Assembly (NCBI GenBank): GCA_048498455.1
Contig: JBEHXY010000002.1
Span: 1 to 42,063 of the forward strand
Direction of reading: 5' to 3'
Origin: Planctomycetota bacterium
GTDB lineage: Bacteria > Planctomycetota > Phycisphaerae > WQYP01
DNA length: 42,063 nt
How positions within the stretch are numbered: position 1 is the first letter of the stretch; each line of letters begins with the position of its first letter. Of the stretch, positions 1-8,691 are shown piece after piece. Position numbers and translations under genes: made by a program. The notes below the pieces were generated by a model that was not told the DNA's origin, searched no databases, and worked only from the letters and a program-made list of their open reading frames with translations.

Positions 1-4
1 CTCA

Positions 5-757
5 GTGTTGATCAAGCAGTATTCGTCGGGGCCTTACTGGGTGGCGCTTTTCGGGCTTGCGGGGGCGATGCTGGGGCTGTTCATGACGGGGGGGGTGACG
101 AGCACGGGGCCGGCGGGGATGCGGGCGGTGGCGATGGGGGAGGGGTGGCAGTTGCTGTTGCCGCGGAAGAATTTGAAGAAGCGGTACCGGCAGTCGGTGA
201 TGTGGTGGGTGGGGACGGCGGCGATCACGCTGCTGGTGATGGGGCACTATCTGAAGGTAGTGCATCCGTATGCGGCGGGGGGGTATTTTCTGTTGATCGT
301 GGCGGGGGGGTGGCTGGTATGGCAGACGGTGCGGACGCTGCGGCGTCGGATCTTGCGGGGGACGGTGAGCGATGCGCGGGTGCAGGTGAACCCGGTGCCC
401 ATGCGGCGGGAGGCGCCGGTGGGGCTGCGGGTGGAGCTGGATGCGCTCAGGCCGCTGCGGGTGGAGGAGGCGAAGGCGCGGCTGGTGTGCACGGAGCATT
501 ACCAGGAGCGGCGGGGGAACAAGACGCAGGTGGCGACGCGGGTGAAGGGGGAGCGGGTGATTGAGATTTGCGGAGCGAAGCCGGTGGGTGCGGGGGAACT
601 GGTGGAGGGGGAGGGGGTGGTGGAGCTGGATCCGACGTGGCCGGCGACGAGCGCAAAGCAGAACGTGTATCCGCATTACACGTGGGCGGTGAAGGTGAAG
701 GTGAAGCTGGCAGGGGCGGCGGATTACGCGGAGGAGTTTGTGGTGGAGGTGGAGTGA
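5..757 (+). CDS. hypothetical polytopic membrane protein with C-terminal beta-rich soluble domain (5' end may lie outside the window)
   Basis: 250-aa ORF starting at GTG 5, with no in-frame stop between it and the window edge. The N-terminal half has hydrophobic helices (YWVALFGLAGAMLGLFMTGGV, VMWWVGTAAITLLVMG, GGYFLLIVAGGWLVW). The G-ending codon bias matches other + strand genes in this half. No family recognised. Confidence 0.5.
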   Translation: MLIKQYSSGPYWVALFGLAGAMLGLFMTGGVTSTGPAGMRAVAMGEGWQLLLPRKNLKKRYRQSVMWWVGTAAITLLVMGHYLKVVHPYAAGGYFLLIVAGGWLVWQTVRTLRRRILRGTVSDARVQVNPVPMRREAPVGLRVELDALRPLRVEEAKARLVCTEHYQERRGNKTQVATRVKGERVIEICGAKPVGAGELVEGEGVVELDPTWPATSAKQNVYPHYTWAVKVKVKLAGAADYAEEFVVEVE

Positions 758-776
758 GGGGGAAGGGCGAAGAATA

Positions 777-810
777 AAGGAGAGAAAGGGGTAAAAGAGA
801 GAAAGGGGTC
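777..810. repeat. 2 x 17-bp direct repeat between convergent genes
   Basis: AAGGAGAGAAAGGGGTA (777-793) is followed directly by AAAGAGAGAAAGGGGTC (794-810), 15/17 identical. It lies between the stop at 755-757 and the stop of the minus-strand gene at 847-849. Confidence 0.7.
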
Positions 811-846
811 ATGGGGGGGACTTTGGGATTGGGTTGAGGGCGGGTG

Positions 847-1116
847 TTACGGGGTTTTGGGGGCGGAGCGTTTGCGGTTCTTATCCCAGATGGCGACGAG
901 GATGAGGACGAAGCCGGCGAGGCGGACGGCGTAGAGGGAGGTGCGGGCCTCGTCGGGGACGTCGATGATAAGGAAGAGGATGCGGTTGATGGCAAAGAGG
1001 GCGAAAGCGGCGGCGAAGAAGACGAAGAGGCGGTCGCCGGTGCGGCGGTAAAACCGGAGGAAGAGGAGGGCGGCGACGAAATTCAGGGTGCAGGTGACGC
1101 CGGAGAGAAAGCTCAT
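847..1116 (-). CDS. small 3-TM membrane protein, paralog of 1128..1379 (possibly DUF5985-type; family name from memory)
   Basis: ATG at 1116 with AAGAGGTG upstream; 89 aa with three hydrophobic segments. It aligns by eye with the neighbouring protein (LLFLRFYRRTGDRLFVFFAAAFALFAINRILFLIID vs LLLGRAFRKSRARILLWSTLCFVLLALNNLLLFIDL; VLILVAIWDKN vs VLVFGLIWDSE). Confidence 0.6.
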   Translation of the reverse strand: MSFLSGVTCTLNFVAALLFLRFYRRTGDRLFVFFAAAFALFAINRILFLIIDVPDEARTSLYAVRLAGFVLILVAIWDKNRKRSAPKTP

Positions 1117-1127
1117 GGGGACACCTC

Positions 1128-1379
1128 TTATTCAGAATCCCAGATAAGGCCAAAGACGAGGACGGCGGCGGCGGCGCAGGCGGTGCAGTTTCGCCAGTTG
1201 GAGAGGTCGACGCGGGTGCCGAGGACGGCGAGATCGATGAAGAGCAGGAGGTTGTTGAGGGCGAGGAGGACGAAGCAGAGGGTGCTCCAGAGGAGGATGC
1301 GTGCGCGGCTTTTGCGGAACGCGCGGCCGAGGAGAAGGGCGCAGGCGAGGGAGGTGAGAGCGCAGAGCACGTAGACCAC
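1128..1379 (-). CDS. small 3-TM membrane protein, paralog of 847..1116
   Basis: Only the 3' 252 nt of ORF 1128..1766 look coding. GTG at 1379 lies 1 nt downstream of the upstream gene's stop (1381-1383). 83 aa, VVYVLCALTSLACALLLG...VLVFGLIWDSE. The rest of the 212-aa ORF is Pro/Ser-rich and overlaps the regulator gene out of frame. Confidence 0.55.
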   Translation of the reverse strand: MVYVLCALTSLACALLLGRAFRKSRARILLWSTLCFVLLALNNLLLFIDLAVLGTRVDLSNWRNCTACAAAAVLVFGLIWDSE

Positions 1380-1380
1380 T

Positions 1381-1785
1381 TCAGGCACCGGGCTCCTCCT
1401 TTCGAATGCGGAAGGCATCGGAGAAGCTGCGAATCTTGTCGGAGGGGTTGGCGAAGATAATTCCGATGACGGTGACGCGGCGAATGAGGTAAGCCTGAGC
1501 GAGGGCGAGGGTGTCGGCCTGGATATCGGGGGTGGCGGCGTGGTAGTGGAAAGCCGGAGGAGCGCCCGGGGGGTTGTCATTTTTGGCGAGGCCGGCGGCG
1601 GCGAGGAGGGAGAGTTGCTCAGCGGCGCCGGTGGCTTCGATGCGCAGTTCGCGCGCGATATCGGCGGGCGTCCAGGCCTGACTCGGGTTGGTGTGAAGGA
1701 GGAGGAGGATTTCGAGTTGGGCCACGGAGTGGATGTATTGGGCGATGAACCGCCGGAGGCGATCACTGATGCCGTCGTCGCTCAT
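1381..1785 (-). CDS. putative winged-helix (MarR/ArsR-like) transcriptional regulator
   Basis: Preferred start is ATG 1785 (MSDDGISDRLRRFIAQYIHSVAQLEILLLLHTNPSQAWTPADIARELRIEATGAAEQLSLLAAAGL). This helix-turn-helix-wing-like pattern is followed by a conserved-looking tail (LAQAYLIRRVTVIGIIF). It is first in a tightly spaced 3-gene minus-strand operon. Confidence 0.55.
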   Translation of the reverse strand: MSDDGISDRLRRFIAQYIHSVAQLEILLLLHTNPSQAWTPADIARELRIEATGAAEQLSLLAAAGLAKNDNPPGAPPAFHYHAATPDIQADTLALAQAYLIRRVTVIGIIFANPSDKIRSFSDAFRIRKEEPGA

Positions 1786-2173
1786 GGGGAGGGGCGTTGT
1801 TCCTGTATGTGACAAAACGGGTGAGCAGCGCCAGCTTGCAAGTGTTGTACCGCGGAGCGATCGGGAGGGGACAGGGGCTGCGGGAGAAAAAGGGAATGGC
1901 TGTGCTCGCATTGTCGGGTATGGATTTGATAATCCGGGGACACCCCGATTTTATTGGTTTCAGCTATTTCGTGAGGGAGCCTGTTGTGGCGTACCTGTGC
2001 CAAAGTGACTTGGTTCTATAAACGCGATCGTGGCGCGTCTACGGCAAAATGGCTGGTTGTGGTTCGGCAGAGCAGTGATCTGGCTACGGTTGAGGAAAGC
2101 CACGCATTTTGCTGGCGTACTGGGTTACCCCCACCTCAATAGGCTCTGCTCAAGAAGACGAGGAGTTTGGACA

Positions 2174-5100
2174 ATGACCGACATGCTGCGTCCTCCGCGC
2201 GATGCGGTGAAGAATATTCACAACGGTAAAAACGGCAGCAAGAAAGCGGCGGCGAAACCTTCTCCCAAAAAGAAGACCCATGCGGACGGGGACGGGGTAC
2301 TGGGGACTGACGGCGTGGGGCTGGGGCTGCCGGGGGCGTCGGTGAACCTGCCGAAGGTGGGGGTAGCGGGGGCAGGGCTGGACCGGCGGGAGCTGCTGGC
2401 GGCGTTGACGGCGTTGAAGAAGGGGGACTTTACGGTGCGGTTGCCGCTGGGGCTGGAGGGTTTGGACGGGAAGATCGCGGATGCGTTCAACGAAGTGATC
2501 GAGTTGAACCACCGGATGTCGGAGGAGTTTGAGCGCTTGAGCCGGGTGGTGGGCAAGGAAGGGAAGATTTCGGAACGTGCGGGGATCGGGCATGTGCAGG
2601 GGGCGTGGGCGAATGAAATTGGCGCGGTGAACGCGTTGATCAGCGATCTGGTGCACCCGACGTCGGAAACGGCGCGCGTGATCGGGGCCGTGGCGAAGGG
2701 GGATTTGAGCCAGACGATGGCACTGGAGATCGAGGGGCGGCCGCTGCAGGGCGAGTTTTTGCGTACGGCGAAAACGGTCAACACGATGGTGGACCAGCTT
2801 TCGAGCTTTGCGTCGGAAGTGACGCGCGTGGCCCGAGAGGTGGGTACGGAAGGGAAGCTGGGCGGGCAGGCGAAGGTGAAGGGGGTCGCGGGTACGTGGA
2901 AGGATTTGACGGACTCGGTGAACTCGATGGCCGGCAACCTGACGGCCCAGGTGCGTAACATCGCGGCGGTGACGACGGCGGTGGCGAACGGGGACTTGTC
3001 GAAGAAGATCACGGTGGACGTGAAGGGGGAAATCCAGGAGCTGAAGAACACGATCAACACGATGGTGGACCAGCTGCGGTCGTTCGCCTCGGAAGTGACG
3101 CGCGTGGCCCGCGAAGTGGGTACGGAAGGGAAGCTGGGCGGGCAGGCGGACGTGAAGGGCGTGGCAGGGACGTGGAAGGATCTGACGGATTCCGTGAATT
3201 CGATGGCAGGCAACCTGACGTCGCAGGTGCGCAACATCGCTGCGGTGACGACGGCGGTGGCGAACGGCGATTTGTCGAAGAAGATCACGGTGGACGTGAA
3301 GGGGGAAATTCTCGAATTGAAGAACACCATCAACACGATGGTGGATCAGTTGAACAGCTTTGCGTCGGAAGTGACGCGCGTGGCCCGTGAAGTGGGTACG
3401 GAAGGGAAATTGGGCGGGCAGGCGGATGTGAAGGGGGTTTCGGGGACGTGGAAGGATCTGACGGACTCGGTGAACTTCATGGCAGCGAACCTGACGGGGC
3501 AGGTGCGTAACATCGCGGCGGTGACGACGGCGGTGGCGAAGGGGGATCTTTCGAAGAAGATCACGGTCGATGTGAAGGGCGAGATCCTGGAACTGAAGAA
3601 CACCATCAACACGATGGTGGATCAGCTCTCGTCGTTTGCGGCGGAGGTGACGCGCGTGGCCCGCGAGGTGGGCACGGAAGGGAAGCTGGGCGGGCAGGCG
3701 GATGTGCGCGGCGTTGCGGGGACGTGGAAGGATTTGACGGACAATGTGAACCTGATGGCGGGCAATTTGACCTCGCAGGTGCGCAACATTGCGGACGTGA
3801 CCAAGGCGGTGGCGGCGGGCGACCTGTCGAAGAAGATCACGGTGGATGTGAAGGGGGAAATTCTCGAACTGAAGAACACGGTCAACACGATGGTGGACCA
3901 GCTTTCGTCGTTTGCGGCGGAGGTGACGCGCGTGGCCCGCGAGGTGGGCACGGAAGGGAAGCTGGGTGGGCAGGCGGAGGTCAAGGGGGTTGCCGGCACG
4001 TGGAAGGATCTCACCGACTCGGTGAACTCGATGGCGGGCAATTTGACGGTGCAGCTGCGCGACATGTCGAAGGTGGCGACGGCCATCGCCAACGGCGATT
4101 TGACGCAGAAGATCACGGTGGATGCGCGCGGCGAAATCCTCCAGATCAAGAACGTGATCAACACGATGGTGGACCAGCTTTCGTCGTTCGCTGCGGAAGT
4201 GACGCGCGTCGCTCGTGAGGTGGGTACGGAAGGGGAACTGGGTGGGCAGGCCGAGGTGAAGGGGGTTGCGGGCACGTGGAAGGATTTGACGGACTCGGTG
4301 AATTCGATGGCCGGTAATTTGACGGCCCAGGTGCGCAATATCGCGGACGTGACGACGGCGGTGGCGAATGGGAACCTGTCGAAGAAGATCACGGTGCCGG
4401 TGAAGGGGGAGATCCTGGAGCTGAAGAACACCATCAACACGATGGTGGATCAGCTCAATTCGTTTGCTTCGGAAGTGACCCGTGTGGCCCGCGAGGTGGG
4501 CACCGAAGGGAAACTGGGCGGGCAGGCGGAAGTGAAGGGCGTGGCAGGGACGTGGAAGGATCTCACCGACTCGGTGAATTCGATGGCCGGCAATTTGACC
4601 GCGCAGGTGCGTAACATTGCGGCGGTGACGACAGCGGTGGCGAACGGCGACCTTTCCAAGAAGATCACGGTGGATGTGAAGGGGGAAATTCTCGAGCTGA
4701 AGAACACCATCAATACGATGGTGGACCAGCTCTCGAGCTTTGCGGCGGAAGTGACGCGTGTGGCTCGAGAGGTGGGTACGGAAGGGAAGCTGGGTGGACA
4801 GGCCGAGGTGCGAGGGGTTTCGGGGACGTGGAAGGATTTGACGGACTCGGTGAACTTCATGGCGGCGAACCTGACGGGGCAGGTGCGTAACATCGCTGCG
4901 GTGACCACGGCGGTTGCGAATGGCGACTTATCGAAAAAGATCACGGTCGACGTGAAGGGCGAAATCCTGGAGCTGAAGGAAACCATCAACACGATGGTGG
5001 ATCAGCTTCGGTCGTTTGCTTCTGAAGTGACGCGCGTGGCCCGCGAGGTGGGCACGGAAGGGAAGCTGGGCGGGCAGGCGGAGGTGCGGGGTGTGTCGGG

Positions 5101-8100
5101 GACGTGGAAGGACCTCACCGATTCGGTGAACTTCATGGCGGCGAACCTGACCTCGCAGGTGCGCAACATCGCGGCGGTGACGACCGCGGTGGCCAACGGC
5201 GATCTTTCGAAGAAGATCACGGTGGATGTGAAGGGGGAAATTCTGGAGCTGAAAGAGACCATCAACACGATGGTGGATCAGCTGAATTCGTTTGCGTCGG
5301 AAGTGACCCGCGTGGCCCGTGAAGTGGGTACGGAAGGGAAGCTGGGCGGGCAGGCCGAAGTGAAGGGCGTCGCCGGCACGTGGAAGGATCTGACCGACAA
5401 CGTGAACATCATGGCGGGCAACCTGACGAACCAGGTGCGCGGCATTGCGAAGGTGGTGACGGCGGTCGCCAACGGCAACCTGAAGCAGAAGTTGACGGTG
5501 GATGCGAAGGGGGAGATCGCGGAGCTTGGCGACACGATCAACAGCATGATCGACACGCTGGCGACGTTTGCGGACCAGGTGACGTCGGTGGCCCGCGAGG
5601 TGGGCGTGGAAGGGAAGCTGGGCGGGCAGGCGAATGTGCCCGGGGCCGCCGGCACGTGGAAGCAGCTGACGGACAACGTGAACCAGCTGGCGGCGAACCT
5701 GACGACGCAGGTGCGGGCGATCGCGGACGTGGCGACGGCGGTAACGCGCGGCGATCTGACGCGGTCGATCACGGTGGCGGCGCAGGGGGAAGTCGCGGCG
5801 CTGAAAGACAACATCAATGAGATGATCCGCAACCTGAAGGACACGACGAAGAAGAACAACGAGCAGGACTGGCTGAAGACGAACCTTGCGAAGTTCAGCC
5901 GGATGCTGCAGGGGCAGAAGGACCTGCTGACGGTGGGTCGGCTGATCCTGAGCGAACTGGCGCCGGTGGTCAGTGCGCAGCAGGGCGTGTTCTACATGAT
6001 GGACAACACGAAGGCGGACGAGCCGGTGCTGCAGTTGCTGGCGAGCTATGCGTACAAGGAACGCAAGAACATCGACAACAAGTTCAAGCTGGGCGAAGGG
6101 TTGGTCGGGCAGTGTGCGCTGGAGAAGGAGAAGATTCTTCTGAGCAGCGTGCCGCGGGACTACATCACGATCACGAGCGGGCTTGGGGAGGCGACGCCGC
6201 TGAACATCATCGTGATGCCGGTGGTGTTCGAAGGGGCGGTGAAGGCGGTGATTGAGCTGGCGAGCTTCGAGCACTTCAGCGCGACGCACCAGGCGTTTTT
6301 GGACCAGCTGACGGAATCGATCGGCATCGTGCTCAACACGATCGAAGCGAACATGCGTACGGAGGATCTGCTGAAGCAGTCGCAGTCGCTGGCGAAGGAG
6401 CTTCAGAGCCAGCAGGAAGAACTGCAGCAGACGAACCAGCAGCTGGCGGAAAAGGCGCAGCTGCTGGCCGAGCAGAACGTGGAAGTGGAACGCAAGAACC
6501 GGGAAGTCGAACAGGCCCGCCAGGCGCTGGAAGAGAAGGCGAAGCAGCTGTCGCTGACCTCGAAGTACAAGTCGGAATTCCTTGCGAACATGTCGCACGA
6601 GCTGCGGACGCCGCTGAATTCGCTGCTGATTCTTTCGGACCAGCTGTCGAAGAATTCGGAGACGAACCTGACGCCCAAGCAGGTGGAGTTCGCGCGGACG
6701 ATCCACAGCTCGGGCAACGACCTGCTGAACCTGATCAACGACATCCTGGATCTGTCGAAGATCGAATCGGGCACGGTGGTGGTGGATGTCGGCGAGCTGG
6801 TGCTTCGCGACCTGCAGGATTACGTCGATCGGACGTTCCGGCACGTGGCGGACAACAAGAAGCTGGAGTTCGAGATCAACATCGCACCGTCGCTGTCGCG
6901 GGTGGTGCACACGGACGCCAAGCGGCTGCAGCAGATCATCAAGAACCTGCTGTCAAACGCCTTCAAGTTCACGGAGAAGGGCAAGGTGTCGCTGCGGATC
7001 GACCAGGCGGACCGCGGTTGGAACACGGAAAACGACACCTTGAACCGGGCCAAGAGCGTGCTGGCGATTTCGGTCACGGACACGGGCATCGGGATTCCAC
7101 CGGACAAGCAGGCGATCATTTTCGAAGCGTTCCAGCAGGCCGACGGTTCGACGAGCCGCAAGTACGGCGGGACGGGCCTGGGCCTGGCGATCAGCCGCGA
7201 GCTGGCACGGTTGCTGGGCGGCGAGATCCGGCTGGTGTCGACGCCGAACGCGGGCAGCACGTTCACGCTGTACATTCCGGCGAATTACGTTGCGGCGAAA
7301 CCGGTGGCACGGCGGGAGCTGGAGCAGGGGCCGGGCATGCCGACGATGGCGGCGCCGTCGACCGTGGTTCCGGAGCTGATTCTGCCGGAGCCGTCGATGT
7401 CGCGGACGGATGCCGACACGACGATTGCGAACCAGCTGTCGGACGACACGAGCAACCTGGTGCCGGGCGAGCGGCTGCTGCTGATCGTGGAGAACGACGT
7501 CAACTTCGCGCGGTTCCTGCTGGACACGGCGCACGAGCATGGGTTCAAGGCGGCGGTGGCGACGCGCGGTGCGGTGGCGATCGGGATGGCCCGGGAGCTG
7601 AAGCCGGCGGCGATCACGCTGGACATCAACCTGCCGGACATCGATGGCTGGCATGTGCTGAACCGGCTGAAGGATGAAGCGACGACGCGGCATATTCCGG
7701 TGCAGATCATCACGACGGAAGAAGAGTACCTTCGCGGTCTGCGGATGGGCGCGATCGGCGGCCTGACCAAGCCGATCAAGACCAAGGAAATGCTGGACGC
7801 GACGTTCGACCGGATCAAGTCGGCGATCGAGCAGACGAAGCGGCGGGTGCTGGTGGTGCACAACGATGACGCCGAGCGGACGAAGCTGGCGGAGGCGCTG
7901 GCCGGTCCGGACGTGGAGATCATTCTGCACGCCGGCGGGAAGGATGTGGCGCCGATGGTGCGGGAGGAGCACTGCGACGTGGTGGTGGTGGACATGGATC
8001 TGCAGGAGCCGCGGGCGTTCGACATGGTCGATGAGATCAAGGAGGAGCAGGGCCTGCATGATCTTCCGCTGATTTTGTACAGCCACCGGGAGTTGTCGCG

Positions 8101-8644
8101 GAAGGAAGAGATTCATCTGAAGCGGCTGACGCAGAGCAGCGTCGTAAAGGACGTGCGTTCGAAGGAGCGGCTGGTGGATGAAGTGAGCTTGTTCCTGCAT
8201 CGGCCGATGGAGAAAATGTCGGAGGAGATGCGGAATCACATCGAGCAGCTGCACTCGACGGCGGCGGTATTGGGCGGCCGGAAGGTGTTGATTGTGGATG
8301 ACGACATCCGGAACATCTTTGCGATGACGAGCATTCTCGAGCCGCACAAGATGGAGATCGCGTCGGCGGAGACGGGCAAGTCGGCGATCGAGATTCTGCA
8401 GAAGTCGCCGGACATTGACGTGGTGCTGATGGACATCATGATGCCGGACATGGACGGATATGACACGATGCGGGCGATTCGGAAGATCACGCGGTTCCGG
8501 TCGCTGCCGATCATTGCCTTGACGGCCAAGGCGATGAAGGGCGACCGCGAGAAATGCATTGAAGCGGGGGCTTCGGACTACATTTCGAAGCCCGTGGACA
8601 CGGCGCAGCTGTTGGCGACGCTCCGGGTGTGGCTGTATCGTTAA
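2174..8644 (+). CDS. soluble poly-HAMP / GAF hybrid sensor histidine kinase with three receiver-like domains
   Basis: ORF 2030..8644. Preferred start is ATG 2174 (MTDMLRPP), with AGGAG at 2161-2165. No N-terminal TM helix. It has 11 tandem 92-aa HAMP-pair units plus about 1.5 degenerate leading units, then a GAF-like segment ([47 protein letters not shown]) and a coiled coil. H-box is [15 protein letters not shown] (His codon 6596-6598). ATP-lid is [39 protein letters not shown]. Receiver modules: [29 protein letters not shown]; [21 protein letters not shown]; [37 protein letters not shown]. Confidence 0.9.
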   Translation: MTDMLRPPRDAVKNIHNGKNGSKKAAAKPSPKKKTHADGDGVLGTDGVGLGLPGASVNLPKVGVAGAGLDRRELLAALTALKKGDFTVRLPLGLEGLDGKIADAFNEVIELNHRMSEEFERLSRVVGKEGKISERAGIGHVQGAWANEIGAVNALISDLVHPTSETARVIGAVAKGDLSQTMALEIEGRPLQGEFLRTAKTVNTMVDQLSSFASEVTRVAREVGTEGKLGGQAKVKGVAGTWKDLTDSVNSMAGNLTAQVRNIAAVTTAVANGDLSKKITVDVKGEIQELKNTINTMVDQLRSFASEVTRVAREVGTEGKLGGQADVKGVAGTWKDLTDSVNSMAGNLTSQVRNIAAVTTAVANGDLSKKITVDVKGEILELKNTINTMVDQLNSFASEVTRVAREVGTEGKLGGQADVKGVSGTWKDLTDSVNFMAANLTGQVRNIAAVTTAVAKGDLSKKITVDVKGEILELKNTINTMVDQLSSFAAEVTRVAREVGTEGKLGGQADVRGVAGTWKDLTDNVNLMAGNLTSQVRNIADVTKAVAAGDLSKKITVDVKGEILELKNTVNTMVDQLSSFAAEVTRVAREVGTEGKLGGQAEVKGVAGTWKDLTDSVNSMAGNLTVQLRDMSKVATAIANGDLTQKITVDARGEILQIKNVINTMVDQLSSFAAEVTRVAREVGTEGELGGQAEVKGVAGTWKDLTDSVNSMAGNLTAQVRNIADVTTAVANGNLSKKITVPVKGEILELKNTINTMVDQLNSFASEVTRVAREVGTEGKLGGQAEVKGVAGTWKDLTDSVNSMAGNLTAQVRNIAAVTTAVANGDLSKKITVDVKGEILELKNTINTMVDQLSSFAAEVTRVAREVGTEGKLGGQAEVRGVSGTWKDLTDSVNFMAANLTGQVRNIAAVTTAVANGDLSKKITVDVKGEILELKETINTMVDQLRSFASEVTRVAREVGTEGKLGGQAEVRGVSGTWKDLTDSVNFMAANLTSQVRNIAAVTTAVANGDLSKKITVDVKGEILELKETINTMVDQLNSFASEVTRVAREVGTEGKLGGQAEVKGVAGTWKDLTDNVNIMAGNLTNQVRGIAKVVTAVANGNLKQKLTVDAKGEIAELGDTINSMIDTLATFADQVTSVAREVGVEGKLGGQANVPGAAGTWKQLTDNVNQLAANLTTQVRAIADVATAVTRGDLTRSITVAAQGEVAALKDNINEMIRNLKDTTKKNNEQDWLKTNLAKFSRMLQGQKDLLTVGRLILSELAPVVSAQQGVFYMMDNTKADEPVLQLLASYAYKERKNIDNKFKLGEGLVGQCALEKEKILLSSVPRDYITITSGLGEATPLNIIVMPVVFEGAVKAVIELASFEHFSATHQAFLDQLTESIGIVLNTIEANMRTEDLLKQSQSLAKELQSQQEELQQTNQQLAEKAQLLAEQNVEVERKNREVEQARQALEEKAKQLSLTSKYKSEFLANMSHELRTPLNSLLILSDQLSKNSETNLTPKQVEFARTIHSSGNDLLNLINDILDLSKIESGTVVVDVGELVLRDLQDYVDRTFRHVADNKKLEFEINIAPSLSRVVHTDAKRLQQIIKNLLSNAFKFTEKGKVSLRIDQADRGWNTENDTLNRAKSVLAISVTDTGIGIPPDKQAIIFEAFQQADGSTSRKYGGTGLGLAISRELARLLGGEIRLVSTPNAGSTFTLYIPANYVAAKPVARRELEQGPGMPTMAAPSTVVPELILPEPSMSRTDADTTIANQLSDDTSNLVPGERLLLIVENDVNFARFLLDTAHEHGFKAAVATRGAVAIGMARELKPAAITLDINLPDIDGWHVLNRLKDEATTRHIPVQIITTEEEYLRGLRMGAIGGLTKPIKTKEMLDATFDRIKSAIEQTKRRVLVVHNDDAERTKLAEALAGPDVEIILHAGGKDVAPMVREEHCDVVVVDMDLQEPRAFDMVDEIKEEQGLHDLPLILYSHRELSRKEEIHLKRLTQSSVVKDVRSKERLVDEVSLFLHRPMEKMSEEMRNHIEQLHSTAAVLGGRKVLIVDDDIRNIFAMTSILEPHKMEIASAETGKSAIEILQKSPDIDVVLMDIMMPDMDGYDTMRAIRKITRFRSLPIIALTAKAMKGDREKCIEAGASDYISKPVDTAQLLATLRVWLYR
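2816..5851 (+). repeat. in-frame tandem array, 11 x 276 bp (92-aa HAMP-pair unit) inside the kinase gene
   Basis: Units start at the EVTRV Glu codons: 2816, 3092, 3368, 3644, 3920, 4196, 4472, 4748, 5024, 5300 and 5576 (the last is divergent, QVTSV). Consensus is [92 protein letters not shown]. Degenerate units extend upstream to about 2380. Confidence 0.95.
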
Positions 8645-8691
8645 GAGCACCGGGGCTGTGCGGTTACGGCTGATGAGCCGAAAGGAAGCGG

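Noticed and set aside
2030-2173. N-terminal extensions offered by the ORF track (2030 for the kinase, 13512, 14528, 17379, 19197, 28867, 30296, 37688, 38238, 40662).
   Set aside because: Internal starts give proper signal peptides or conserved N-termini and have Shine-Dalgarno-like sequences. The extensions are Arg/Trp/Gly-rich, overlap the upstream gene or are antisense to it (for example, 28867-30174 is antisense to recN).
2816-5851. A regular 276-bp periodicity that could be mistaken for a CRISPR array or satellite.
   Set aside because: The period is a multiple of 3 and in frame with one long ORF. There are no unique spacers, and every unit encodes a HAMP pair.
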